A DNA stretch of 64,000 nucleotides from Candidatus Cacconaster merdequi (lineage in GTDB: Bacteria > Bacteroidota > Bacteroidia > Bacteroidales > UBA932): contig JAGHVK010000003.1 of assembly GCA_018064345.1 (NCBI GenBank), positions 5,189 through 69,188 of the forward strand. The letters run 5' to 3'. Position numbers and translations under genes: made by a program. Each line of letters begins with the position of its first letter. Positions within the stretch are counted from its first letter, which is position 1. Positions 41,461 through 50,478 of the stretch are shown piece by piece. The notes under the pieces were generated by a model, which was not told the DNA's origin, searched no databases, and saw nothing but the letters and a program-made list of their open reading frames with translations.

Positions 41461-41494
41461 GGGCCTGCTCGTTTATCGACGCAGGCTCATTTTT
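41461..41494 (+). terminator. Rho-independent terminator after the serC-serA-DUF1015 operon
   Basis: GGGCCTGC, 12-nt loop, GCAGGCTC (one G-U pair), then A and TTTTT. It lies 21 nt after the stop. Confidence 0.7.
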
Positions 41495-41521
41495 CATATC
41501 CACGGCCCGATGGCAAATGTC

Positions 41522-41568
41522 AAAATAAAAAAGGTGCAGGGCCGACACTTATCCGGATAGAGGCTCTG
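41522..41568 (-). terminator. Candidate terminator of an unannotated minus-strand transcript
   Basis: Minus strand reads CAGAGCC, 18-nt loop (containing the palindrome ATCCGGAT), GGCCCTG (one mismatch), CACC, then TTTTTTATTTT. Confidence 0.4.
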
Positions 41569-41754
41569 GAACAACCTTGCATCAAATAAGCAATACCCCA
41601 CACCCGTTATGATGTTATGTGCATGGACGCACGTAACGTCAAACAAGTGAAGAGTGTCAGCTTTTCCTTGATGCAATGAAATTATCCAGATTTCCTATCC
41701 AAGGATAAAAGCGTTACACTTTCATCAATATGTCCTGCCGATCTCTCGACTTTG

Positions 41755-41762
41755 CAAAGATA
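41755..41762 (-). promoter_or_regulatory. Orphan -7 box TATCTTTG with no downstream CDS
   Basis: Perfect TAnnTTTG on the minus strand, with CTTG 20 nt upstream. It is identical to the boxes in front of nhaA, dprA, serC and rplY in this window. It lies downstream of the GT2 terminator hairpin. Confidence 0.45.
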
Positions 41763-41795
41763 TCTATTATTTTACGCAACAGCAAGAAAGAATCA

Positions 41796-41819
41796 AGAAC
41801 CTGCTTTGAAACAGGTTCT
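41796..41819 (-). terminator. Hairpin overlapping the GT2 stop codon (candidate terminator)
   Basis: AGAACCTG, 8-nt loop, CAGGTTCT. On the minus strand it is followed by the moderately T-rich TGATTCTTTCTTGCTG. Confidence 0.45.
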
Positions 41820-42834
41820 AATTCAACTTCTTGATGTCGGAGAACTTCAGCCGGCCTCTTGAAAGGATGTATTTGAGTACGATGCTGTGCGGGTAATACC
41901 CGACGTTGTTGCGTTCCTCGTCGAACGGTGACTCGTCCAAGGAGGCCCGCATCTTCCTGAAATCGGAATGAGCCTTTACAACAGCCCTGAAATATCTCCA
42001 TTTGCCGGTCAGAAGATACACTGCCGCAGCAGCACCGTCAAGGCATTGGCGGATGAAGATGCGACGCGAACGGATGCTCTCAGGCAAGTTCTTATGCAGC
42101 ATCAGCAGATTGTTCCTGTAATTCAGGTAAAGCTTGCGGGGGGAGTTCGCAGGAAGAGTCCCGCCACCTACGTGGAATACATACGACTGGGGAACACACC
42201 AGACATGATAGCCAAGCAGTTTCGCCCTCCAGCAGAGATCTATCTCTTCCATATGTGCGAAGAAACTCTCATCGAAGCCTCCCAGATGATGGAACAGGGA
42301 AGACCTTATCATAAGGCACGCTCCTGTAGCCCAGAAGCACTCGAGAGGAGAATCATATTGTCCGCAGTCCTTCTCCACGCTGGACAGGATCCGACCCCGG
42401 CAGAAAGGATACCCATATCTGTCGATGAAGCCTCCTGCAGCTCCGGCATACTCGAATTTATCCCTCGAAACCTCAGAAAGAATCTTCGGCTGGCAGATAC
42501 CTGCATCCGGGTTCTCTTCCATAAAACTCACCAATGCATCGAGCCATCCTTGAGGAGTTTCAACATCAGAGTTCAGAAGCACATAGTAATCTGCATCAAT
42601 CTCGCGCAGAGCACGGTTGTACCCGCCGGTGAAGCCGGAATTCTCATCGAACCTGATTGTTCTGACCTGAGGGAACTCTGACTCCAAATAACTGATAGAG
42701 CCATCCGTGGAACCGTTGTCGGCCACCACTACGAAACAGTTGTCAGAAGATATGCTGCGAACCAGAGCAGGGAGAAAACGCCTGAGCATCTTCTCTCCGT
42801 TCCAGTTCAATATGACTATTGCGACATCCAACAT
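41818..42834 (-). CDS. Family 2 glycosyltransferase
   Basis: Begins VAIVILNWNG, with VVADNGSTDGS and the LNSDV (DxD-like) motif; 338 aa. Confidence 0.9.
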   Translation of the reverse strand: MLDVAIVILNWNGEKMLRRFLPALVRSISSDNCFVVVADNGSTDGSISYLESEFPQVRTIRFDENSGFTGGYNRALREIDADYYVLLNSDVETPQGWLDALVSFMEENPDAGICQPKILSEVSRDKFEYAGAAGGFIDRYGYPFCRGRILSSVEKDCGQYDSPLECFWATGACLMIRSSLFHHLGGFDESFFAHMEEIDLCWRAKLLGYHVWCVPQSYVFHVGGGTLPANSPRKLYLNYRNNLLMLHKNLPESIRSRRIFIRQCLDGAAAAVYLLTGKWRYFRAVVKAHSDFRKMRASLDESPFDEERNNVGYYPHSIVLKYILSRGRLKFSDIKKLN

Positions 42835-42862
42835 TTCAAGACAGATTCTAACTTCAATGGCT

Positions 42863-44266
42863 CTATTTCACCAACCTTGTGACAATGGAGAAGAGACGGT
42901 CGAAATTCTCGTTTGAGATATTGCCGGCATTATCCCTCGGGGTATGATAATGAGCATAATAATCACCCTCAGTACTGAAATAGATGCTTGGCACGCCCTT
43001 CATTCCGAAAGCATAGTGGTCGCTGTTATCAGAGAAATCCTGAAGAGCCACGTCAAAAGGAGGGAAAGTCCCGTCTTCGTTCAATGCACGGATCTGACGT
43101 AACATTTCCATTGCTCCACCGGAAGCCTCTGTGGCAAGATGGTCACCGTTGTCAGCCACCATATCCATATTGATCAGCAATTTGATTCCATCAAGCGGCA
43201 GAGCCGGATTTTCGCAATAGTAGAAAGCTCCCAGCAGATTTGCCTCTTCGGCATCAAGAAAGATGAACTCAATCCCGTACTCCGGCCTGTTGATGCTGTA
43301 ATACTGAGCAAGCGCAAGAATCATAGCCACTCCGGAAGCATTGTCATTTGCACCAGGATAGATGTTGTCACGACCCATCATTCCAAGATGGTCATAGTGA
43401 GCTATGAAAGTCACATGCTCCTCAGAATCCGGATCCGTACCAGGAAGCCAGGCAACGATGTTATGGGCATCCCGTGCGGGAATCATCTCGGAATCAATAT
43501 GAACTTCGATTGACTTGGCATCGGAAGGGAAATCTTCATTCACCATTATCACCGGCATATTCAGGTTGTAATAGCTTCTCGCCTTGAAATATGGGAAAAG
43601 GTCATCTCCCTTCAGTACGACACCTGCAACTTTGTCAAGTTTGCCGAGAAAAGGTATATATCTTTCAAAAGGATGAGCTGAAAGTGTAAGATACTGACTC
43701 CAGCTGACAACAACGAAGCTGTCACTATACTCGCCGTTGTTGATGGTTTTGACAAAATCATCGTCGGTTATCTTATCGTCAGGAATATAGACAAGCTTGT
43801 ACTCGCCGTTGCTGGAAGGGGAAAATTCCTTTACCGTGAAATCAAATGTAGCCCGTAGCGGCTTTCCATCCACTGATACAGACATATCCCCCCGCATCAC
43901 GTTCATCGGGAACTGAAAGCTTTGAAGATAAGGAAGATATTTGCCTGCTTCCGGCTCATTCTCCCACCTTCCGAAACCAGCAGGATAAACTTCACTCTTG
44001 TATTCGGGAAAAGCGGGAAAGCATTCACGCTGTTGTACGTCTGTCCCGGCAGGGACTATTCCATCTATTGAGGAAAGACAGTCAATGATATACCGGGCAG
44101 CCTTGATGTCGCCGTTGCCATAGAGACTTCTGCCGGAATATCCGTCAGAAGAAAGTTCGACCACGATACCGTCGTAATATGTCTTGTAATCAGGTTGATT
44201 GCAACTTGCAGCCATCAGCATAAGCAAAAAAAGAAAGCCCCCGAAGGGGCTGACTTGTGTTTTCAT
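42863..44266 (-). CDS. M28-family Zn aminopeptidase (lipoprotein)
   Basis: Lipobox (LMAASC) plus M28 motifs FIAHYDHLG, GANDNASGVA and FLDAEE. Confidence 0.85.
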   Translation of the reverse strand: MKTQVSPFGGFLFLLMLMAASCNQPDYKTYYDGIVVELSSDGYSGRSLYGNGDIKAARYIIDCLSSIDGIVPAGTDVQQRECFPAFPEYKSEVYPAGFGRWENEPEAGKYLPYLQSFQFPMNVMRGDMSVSVDGKPLRATFDFTVKEFSPSSNGEYKLVYIPDDKITDDDFVKTINNGEYSDSFVVVSWSQYLTLSAHPFERYIPFLGKLDKVAGVVLKGDDLFPYFKARSYYNLNMPVIMVNEDFPSDAKSIEVHIDSEMIPARDAHNIVAWLPGTDPDSEEHVTFIAHYDHLGMMGRDNIYPGANDNASGVAMILALAQYYSINRPEYGIEFIFLDAEEANLLGAFYYCENPALPLDGIKLLINMDMVADNGDHLATEASGGAMEMLRQIRALNEDGTFPPFDVALQDFSDNSDHYAFGMKGVPSIYFSTEGDYYAHYHTPRDNAGNISNENFDRLFSIVTRLVK

Positions 44267-44275
44267 GGTGCAGCA

Positions 44276-45364
44276 CTATTTGAAGAGTTCCGCTACTGTC
44301 GCTTTCATCTGAGCACCACGCAAATTGCGCTCGGCAATCTTTCCGTCAGGAGAGAAGAGGATGATGTGAGGGATGCCTACAATACCGTAAAGATCGGTAG
44401 GAGCAGTATCCTCACCCATGAATATCTGAGGCCAGGTCATACCGAGCTGTTCCATCACCTTGCGGCTTCCGCTGTTGTCCTTATCCCATACGGCAACACC
44501 GAGAACTACAAGCCCTTTGGCGGAATAAGCATCGTAGAGTTCCTTGATGTTAGGAATCTCGCGCTTGCACGGACCGCACCAACTTGCCCAGAAATCAACA
44601 AGCACATATTTGCCACGACCGACATAGTCTGAAAGACGGGCAATGTCTCCTTCAGGGTTTCTACCTTCGAAATCAACGAAGTCCTTGCCTTCTGAAGTAG
44701 CCTGTTCATTGACTTTTGCATTGTGGATTCTAGTGACTGACGCGTCGTTCTTGATGAAAGCCGGGGCATCAGCAAGCATATCGTCCATCTGCTCAAGAGA
44801 AAGATCATAAATCTGCTCCTTCAAGGCGGTGAGACCTACTGCGTTCGACTTGTTTCTCCAGAACACATCCGTGGCAAACTCCTGCATCTTTTCATTGATT
44901 TCTTCATACAAAGCTTCGTGTGCTGAATCAAGTTCCGGACTGTCCTCGCCCAAAGTATGCCCAAGTTCAGCGAGACGCTCCTGATATTCAACGTAAAAAG
45001 CCCCATATCCCTCTATGAAGCAACGTAGGGTATCTGTAAGGGCACTACCGGTCACAGTGACGGGATCCGCATTGAAATCCACGGTTACAGTGCCTTTTGT
45101 AGGGATAAGGGAAGCTGCCTTGTGGTGATTTTCACCATCTCCGGCAATCTGGATAGAAAGAATTGTCGTGTCGCTTGCAGGGCACTCATAAGTGAACTTT
45201 CCGTCCACTATGGCACAGGTGTCCTTCACATCGGTAGACTTGTCGAAAACTACTGCAACGGCGGAATTATCTTCGCCGGATTCGAACAACCCTTCAATAA
45301 CGCACTTGCTTGAGCAAGATACAGCAAGCAGGCAGACAGACAGGATAATAAAAAATCGTTTCAT
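44276..45364 (-). CDS. TlpA/redoxin-family thiol-disulfide oxidoreductase lipoprotein (DUF4369-like N-domain)
   Basis: Lipobox (LAVSCSS) and a C-terminal thioredoxin fold with the WASWCGPCKREIP active site. Confidence 0.88.
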   Translation of the reverse strand: MKRFFIILSVCLLAVSCSSKCVIEGLFESGEDNSAVAVVFDKSTDVKDTCAIVDGKFTYECPASDTTILSIQIAGDGENHHKAASLIPTKGTVTVDFNADPVTVTGSALTDTLRCFIEGYGAFYVEYQERLAELGHTLGEDSPELDSAHEALYEEINEKMQEFATDVFWRNKSNAVGLTALKEQIYDLSLEQMDDMLADAPAFIKNDASVTRIHNAKVNEQATSEGKDFVDFEGRNPEGDIARLSDYVGRGKYVLVDFWASWCGPCKREIPNIKELYDAYSAKGLVVLGVAVWDKDNSGSRKVMEQLGMTWPQIFMGEDTAPTDLYGIVGIPHIILFSPDGKIAERNLRGAQMKATVAELFK

Positions 45365-45379
45365 ACTTCAATCTGATAT

Positions 45380-46333
45380 TTACCAAGCCAGAGCACCGGC
45401 ACCAAGTATGGCCGCATCTGACTCAGGAAGACCACTGCGCAGAACTTTGACTTTTCCTTTCCAAAGTCCCACGACATTCTCTTCCATAGCTTTTTTCGTC
45501 GGGTTCAAAAGCAGGTCTCCGGCATTCGAGACACCACCGAAAATTATGATGGCTTCAGGTGCGCTGAAAGCGATGAAGTCGGCAAACTTCTCACCCAGGA
45601 TCCTGCCGGTATATTCAAATACATTAATAGCAATCTTATCGCCTGCTACTGCAGCCTCAAAGACACACTTGGAAGTTATGGTCTCAAGCTGACGCAGAAC
45701 GCTCGGCTCGTTGCTGGCTTCAAGCATTTCACGTGCAGTCTGGCATACTCCGCCGGAAGAGGCGTAAGTCTCAAGGCAGCCGGTCTTGCCGCAACCGCAT
45801 TTTCGTCCGTTATAGCGGACAGCGGTAGTATGTCCAAGTTCTCCCGCGAAGCCATCGTGACCGTACACGAGTTTTCCATCGACTACTATGCCACTTCCAA
45901 CACCTGTACCCAGGGTTATTTCTATGAAGTTCTTCATACCGATGGCGTTGCCGTATGTCATCTCACCGATTGCCGCAGCATTTGCGTCATTGGTGACAGT
46001 GACATTGAGGCCGAGCTTGCCTGAGATATGGTCACGGAGTGGAACTATCTTGCCTTTTGCCCAAGGAAGATTGACCGCATCCACAATTGTACCATCATAA
46101 TAGTTTCCGTCCGGAGCACCGATTCCAACACCCTGTATGGAGTCGAGACCGACATTTGCTGTCAGTTCAACAATATATTTGCATACGTCGTCCAGAAACC
46201 TCACAGTATCGTCAGCACCATAGCCTGCCATACTGAAGGACTTGCGTGCCACGAAATTGGCGCGACGGTCAATGACGCCCATCTTGACGGACTGCCCGCC
46301 TATGTCGATACCTACTACGTAATCCTTTGTCAT
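45380..46333 (-). CDS. glk: ROK-family glucokinase
   Basis: Motifs GIDIGGQSVKMG, GFAGELGH and the Zn motif GRKCGCGKTGCLETY. Confidence 0.88.
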   Translation of the reverse strand: MTKDYVVGIDIGGQSVKMGVIDRRANFVARKSFSMAGYGADDTVRFLDDVCKYIVELTANVGLDSIQGVGIGAPDGNYYDGTIVDAVNLPWAKGKIVPLRDHISGKLGLNVTVTNDANAAAIGEMTYGNAIGMKNFIEITLGTGVGSGIVVDGKLVYGHDGFAGELGHTTAVRYNGRKCGCGKTGCLETYASSGGVCQTAREMLEASNEPSVLRQLETITSKCVFEAAVAGDKIAINVFEYTGRILGEKFADFIAFSAPEAIIIFGGVSNAGDLLLNPTKKAMEENVVGLWKGKVKVLRSGLPESDAAILGAGALAW

Positions 46334-46337
46334 AGAG

Positions 46338-47630
46338 CTATTCCGTTACGATATCCTTATTGACATTCTTTGATCCGGCAAGTGCATAGAAAAGAAGGTA
46401 TGCAAGAGCTGCCACTATAAGCCAGTAGCTTACGAGATAGTCGCCGGTTGTGTCTACAATCGCATTCTGGAGAAGAGGAAGGATTCCACCGCCGCATACG
46501 AGAGCCATGAAGATTCCGGATGCCTTTTCTGTGTATTTTCCAAGACCTTCCACTGCAAGATTGAAGATTCCACCCCACATAACTGAAGTGCAGAGGCCTA
46601 CGAGCACAAGAAGGAGTGCGTTGAGAGGTACGCTTACAAGACCGAATCCGCCTGCTCCGTTGAATACAGGCATCTTGACAAGATTTGAAGGAACCAGGAT
46701 TGCACAAGCCACAAGGATGATTCCGATACTGGCTACTGTTGCAAGCATAGCCTTGGAAGAAACCTTGCTTCCGATTGCAGCACCCACGAGGCGGCCTACA
46801 AGCATAAGAAGCCAGTAAGTAGCGGCAACTGAAGCAGCTACAGCAGTGTTGCTGACATAACCCGCAATTGAGAGATCAGGATTCTGGAGCCATTTCTGAA
46901 GTACGTTAGGAATACCTACCTCGATACCGACATAGAGGAAAATGGCTATCGCACCGAGAACGAAGTGACGGAACGACATAGGTCCGACTTTCGATTCTGA
47001 CTTTTTCTCAGCAGTCTCAGCAGCCTTGGCATTCTCAGGAATATTGGTAAGCAGGATTACACAGAAAGCGAATGCAAAGATTCCGAGTGCAGCGAACATA
47101 AGAGGGAACACGTCGCTGATCTGAGCCTTGGTGATATCAGGAATGAGGAGGCCGGTGAGAATGATCACAGCTGTTCCGCACAATGAGTTGAATGAACCGC
47201 CTGTCTGAATCAGCTGATTGCCTTTGTTTCCGCCACCGCCAAGCTTGTTGAGCATAGGATTGACTACTGTATTGAGAAGGCACATTGAGAAACCGGCGAT
47301 GAAAGCTCCGAGGAGGTAGATTCCGAAACTTCCGAATGCACCGGAGACAGTCTGTATGCCTACTCCGATGAAACCGGCTGCCACAGCGATGAGGGCTGTC
47401 TTCTTGTAGCCTTTTTTCTGGAGGAGGTTTCCTGCAGGAATACCCATTATCGCATAGGCAATGAAGTTGGCAAAGACGCCGAGAGTTCCCATCCAGTTGG
47501 CGATACCGAACTGATTCTTGAGAACATCACCCATAGGGGATGCCAGATTTGTCACGAAAGAAATCATTCCGAAGAGGAATATCATCACGATAATCGGAAT
47601 GGTGAAATTTTGTTTTTTAGCAGTTGCCAT
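46338..47630 (-). CDS. MFS sugar transporter (glucose/galactose or FucP type)
   Basis: 12-TM profile, 430 aa, 4 nt upstream of the glucokinase gene. Confidence 0.85.
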   Translation of the reverse strand: MATAKKQNFTIPIIVMIFLFGMISFVTNLASPMGDVLKNQFGIANWMGTLGVFANFIAYAIMGIPAGNLLQKKGYKKTALIAVAAGFIGVGIQTVSGAFGSFGIYLLGAFIAGFSMCLLNTVVNPMLNKLGGGGNKGNQLIQTGGSFNSLCGTAVIILTGLLIPDITKAQISDVFPLMFAALGIFAFAFCVILLTNIPENAKAAETAEKKSESKVGPMSFRHFVLGAIAIFLYVGIEVGIPNVLQKWLQNPDLSIAGYVSNTAVAASVAATYWLLMLVGRLVGAAIGSKVSSKAMLATVASIGIILVACAILVPSNLVKMPVFNGAGGFGLVSVPLNALLLVLVGLCTSVMWGGIFNLAVEGLGKYTEKASGIFMALVCGGGILPLLQNAIVDTTGDYLVSYWLIVAALAYLLFYALAGSKNVNKDIVTE

Positions 47631-47705
47631 AGGTTTATGAATTTATTGAATAATAATTGTTACAATCCAACCAATTTAACCGCCAAGTTAAGAAAAAAAA
47701 GAAAC

Positions 47706-47743
47706 AAAAAAAAGCATCGGACGGAAATGATTCCGACCGATGC
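47706..47743 (-). terminator. Rho-independent terminator after rplI
   Basis: Minus strand reads GCATCGGTCGG-AATCATTT-CCGTCCGATGC (one mismatch), followed by TTTTTTTT. Confidence 0.8.
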
Positions 47744-47767
47744 CCGAAAAATCCTGGTTTGTAAAGG

Positions 47768-48223
47768 TTATTCCTCAGCGGCAACAACCTCTACATTAAC
47801 AGTAGCCTTGATGTCTTTGTAAACCTTGACGACTGCCTGGTATGTTCCAAGTTCCTTGATAAGGTTCTCGCCTACGAGAGTGATGTTCTTCTTCTCTACA
47901 TCCTGACCTGCAGCAACAATAGCTTCAGCGACCTGGATATTGCTGATAGAACCGAATACCTTGCCTTTCTCACTTACCTTTGCAGCAACCTTTACGGTAA
48001 GGCCTTCCATCTTGGCAGCCTTTGCTTCAGCTTCTGAACGGAGAGCAGCTTCCTTGTGAGCACGCTGCTTCAGATTCTCAGCATGAACCTTCTTGGCTGA
48101 TGGAGTTGCCATAATTGCAAGACCCTGAGGAATAAGCCAGTTAGCGCCGTAGCCATTCTTTACGGTTACGATATCGTCCTTGTTTCCAAGATTCTGGACG
48201 TCTTGTTTCAAAATAACTTCCAT
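47768..48223 (-). CDS. rplI: 50S ribosomal protein L9
   Basis: Begins MEVILKQDVQNLGNKDDIVTVKNGYGANWLIPQGLA; 151 aa. Confidence 0.96.
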   Translation of the reverse strand: MEVILKQDVQNLGNKDDIVTVKNGYGANWLIPQGLAIMATPSAKKVHAENLKQRAHKEAALRSEAEAKAAKMEGLTVKVAAKVSEKGKVFGSISNIQVAEAIVAAGQDVEKKNITLVGENLIKELGTYQAVVKVYKDIKATVNVEVVAAEE

Positions 48224-48233
48224 AATTTCCTCC

Positions 48234-48506
48234 TTATTTTAGCAGGTCAGTAACGTATGGGAGAAGTGCAAGATGCCTTGCTCTCTTGATGGCTTGTGAA
48301 ACCTTCTTCTGGAATTTCAGAGAAGTACCGGTGATACGGCGTGGAAGAATCTTACCTTGCTCATTGAGGAATTTCTTCAGGAATTCAGCATCTTTGTAGT
48401 CGATGTACTTGATGCCGGCTTTCTTGAAACGGCAGTATTTCTTCTTCTTGATCTCAACGTTTACCGGGTTGAGATAGCGGATATCGTCATTCTGTGCCAT
48501 AGTCAA
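48234..48506 (-). CDS. rpsR: 30S ribosomal protein S18
   Basis: Contains KKKYCRF...IKYIDYKD...[18 protein letters not shown]; 90 aa. Confidence 0.97.
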   Translation of the reverse strand: MTMAQNDDIRYLNPVNVEIKKKKYCRFKKAGIKYIDYKDAEFLKKFLNEQGKILPRRITGTSLKFQKKVSQAIKRARHLALLPYVTDLLK

Positions 48507-48511
48507 TCTCC

Positions 48512-48883
48512 TTATTCAGCAATTGTTTCAGCTGCAGGAGCAGCCTTTGGTTCATTCATCTTTGCGCGGCGACGCTCAGCGTATGCAATAGCGTCCTTGT
48601 CCATAGCCACAGTCTGGAAGCGGATGATACGCTCGTCACGCTTGTACTGAGTCTCAAATTTAGCAATAAATGCAGGTTCTGCCTGGAATTCAATCAGATG
48701 ATAGAATCCAGTAGTCTTCTTCTGGATAGGGTAAGCCAGTTTGCGGAGACCCCAATCCTCTTCATACACGATGTTACCACCGTTCTCGGTGATGAAGCTC
48801 GTGTACTTGGCAACCGCTTCCTTCATCTGAGCCTCAGACAAAACGGGAGTTGCAATGAAAACGGTTTCGTACTGTTTTAACAT
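48512..48883 (-). CDS. rpsF: 30S ribosomal protein S6
   Basis: Begins [17 protein letters not shown]. Start moved to ATG 48883, because the track extension covers the leader hairpin. Confidence 0.95.
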   Translation of the reverse strand: MLKQYETVFIATPVLSEAQMKEAVAKYTSFITENGGNIVYEEDWGLRKLAYPIQKKTTGFYHLIEFQAEPAFIAKFETQYKRDERIIRFQTVAMDKDAIAYAERRRAKMNEPKAAPAAETIAE

Positions 48884-48904
48884 AATATTGATAATTGATA
48901 ATAA

Positions 48905-48931
48905 AGCCCTTCGGGATTTTCCCAAAGGGCT
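48905..48931 (-). promoter_or_regulatory. 5'-UTR stem-loop of rpsF (candidate S6:S18 autoregulatory leader or 5' stabiliser)
   Basis: Minus strand reads AGCCCTTTGGGA-AAA-TCCCGAAGGGCT (12 bp with one G-U pair). It starts 1 nt after the -7 box and ends 21 nt before the ATG. Confidence 0.4.
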
Positions 48932-48932
48932 G

Positions 48933-48940
48933 CAAATATA
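48933..48940 (-). promoter_or_regulatory. -7 box TATATTTG with TTTG exactly 19 nt upstream (48963-48960); rpsF-rpsR-rplI promoter
   Basis: Full match to the TTTG-N19-TAnnTTTG Bacteroides-type consensus on the minus strand, directly after the pepD stop. Confidence 0.65.
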
Positions 48941-48965
48941 GATATAAAATTTATTCCGGCAAAAT

Positions 48966-50429
48966 TTATTTGACAGGAGCGTCTTCTATGACAGCTGTGA
49001 TGAATTTCCACCATTTTTCCACTGACGGAATAAACGCCCTCTCGTCAGGAGAGTGAGGGGACTTGAGCGTAGGACCGCAGGAAATCATATCCCAATCAGG
49101 ATAGATACCACCGAATATTCCGCACTCCAGTCCGGCGTGAATCGCCATAACGGCAGGTTCCTTGCCGAACAAAGCTTTGTACTTCTCCTTCATTGTCTTC
49201 AAAATCGGAGAATCGAGATTCGGAGCCCAGCCTGAATATCCGCCATCGAACATCACTTTTGCACCTGCAAGTTCGAAAGCAGCGCGTACGCCTTCGGCAA
49301 GATCCATCTTCAAGGTGTCGGTTGCACCTCGAAGAAGAGTGTTCACGGTGATTGTATCCTTTCCTGTCTTGACAATAGCAAGATTGTTGGAAGTATCTAC
49401 AAGCCCGTCTATCTCAAGACTCATACGGTCAACAGCATTCGGGCAGGCATACAGTGCCTGGACAAGTTTCTTGCCCACGGTTCCGGCCATCACGTTCTTC
49501 GCCTTTGCCGGTGATACAGTGATGGAAATTGCCGGGTCAATCTTTGCAAGTTCGCTCTTGATAACTGATTCCGAAGCCTTTACCGATTCGACGGCCGCAG
49601 CCTCGAAGGCAGCAGGGACAGCGATGACGGCTTCTGCCTCACGAGGTATGGCATTCCGCATATTGCCTCCGTCAAAGCTGACGAGCTTGCCTTTCATCTC
49701 CGTGATCAATGGCAGAAGCACTCGGGCCATAACCTTGTTGGCATTGCCACGTCCCTCGTTGATCTCCATTCCGGAATGGCCTCCGCGAAGACCTCCTACT
49801 ATCACCTTGAAAGCCTTGTATCCCTCAGGAAGAGGTGCAGCCTTGTATTTGAATGTAACGTTTGCGTCAATACCTCCGGCGCAGCCTACATAAAGTTCGC
49901 CCTCCGTCTCAGAGTCGAGATTGAGAAGGATGTCACCTTTCATAGTGTCAGGGCTGAGTGCCTTGGCTCCCACCATCCTTGTCTCTTCATCAACCGTGAA
50001 AAGGGCTTCAAGCGGGCCATGCTTGATTGTCTTCGATTCGAGTACGGACATTGCCGCAGCAACGCCGAGTCCGTCGTCAGCGCCAAGAGTGGTGCCTGTT
50101 GCGTGTACCCAATCACCGTCTTCGTGCTTGACAATCCTCGGCACGATAGGATCCTTCGTGAAATCGTGCACCGTCTCGTTGTTCTTCTGCGGAACCATAT
50201 CCATATGGGCCTGCATTATGATTGTCCTGCGGTTCTCCATTCCTTTTGTTGCAGGCTTGCGGATAATCACGTTTCCGCATTTGTCCTTGAAAGACTCAAG
50301 ACCGAGGTCCTTTCCGAACTTGACAAGGAAATCAGCGACCGCCTTGGTATGTCCTGACGGGCGCGGAATCTGCGTGAGCGAATAGAAGTTGTTCCACACG
50401 CTCTTCGGCTCTAATTTTCTTATTGGCAT
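48966..50429 (-). CDS. pepD: Aminoacyl-histidine (Xaa-His) dipeptidase PepD
   Basis: M20-family motifs ([29 protein letters not shown]); 487 aa. Confidence 0.92.
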   Translation of the reverse strand: MPIRKLEPKSVWNNFYSLTQIPRPSGHTKAVADFLVKFGKDLGLESFKDKCGNVIIRKPATKGMENRRTIIMQAHMDMVPQKNNETVHDFTKDPIVPRIVKHEDGDWVHATGTTLGADDGLGVAAAMSVLESKTIKHGPLEALFTVDEETRMVGAKALSPDTMKGDILLNLDSETEGELYVGCAGGIDANVTFKYKAAPLPEGYKAFKVIVGGLRGGHSGMEINEGRGNANKVMARVLLPLITEMKGKLVSFDGGNMRNAIPREAEAVIAVPAAFEAAAVESVKASESVIKSELAKIDPAISITVSPAKAKNVMAGTVGKKLVQALYACPNAVDRMSLEIDGLVDTSNNLAIVKTGKDTITVNTLLRGATDTLKMDLAEGVRAAFELAGAKVMFDGGYSGWAPNLDSPILKTMKEKYKALFGKEPAVMAIHAGLECGIFGGIYPDWDMISCGPTLKSPHSPDERAFIPSVEKWWKFITAVIEDAPVK

Positions 50430-50478
50430 AGCATCTATTGTTTATTGGAACCTTGAAATGGTCCTATGTTTATGTTCA

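Noticed and set aside
41494-41676. A 60-aa track ORF in the convergent gap, considered as a small protein gene.
   Set aside because: It starts at TTG, has no in-frame ATG, and reads through a hairpin plus T-run. Its composition is not protein-like. The region is treated as non-coding instead (see the first finding).
41577-41676. A 9-bp inverted repeat, TTGCATCAA ... TTGATGCAA, 82 bp apart, considered as the ends of an invertible (phase-variable) promoter.
   Set aside because: It is too short to be distinguished from chance in a 377-bp region. It does not flank the promoter box at 41755-41762. No recombinase gene is nearby.
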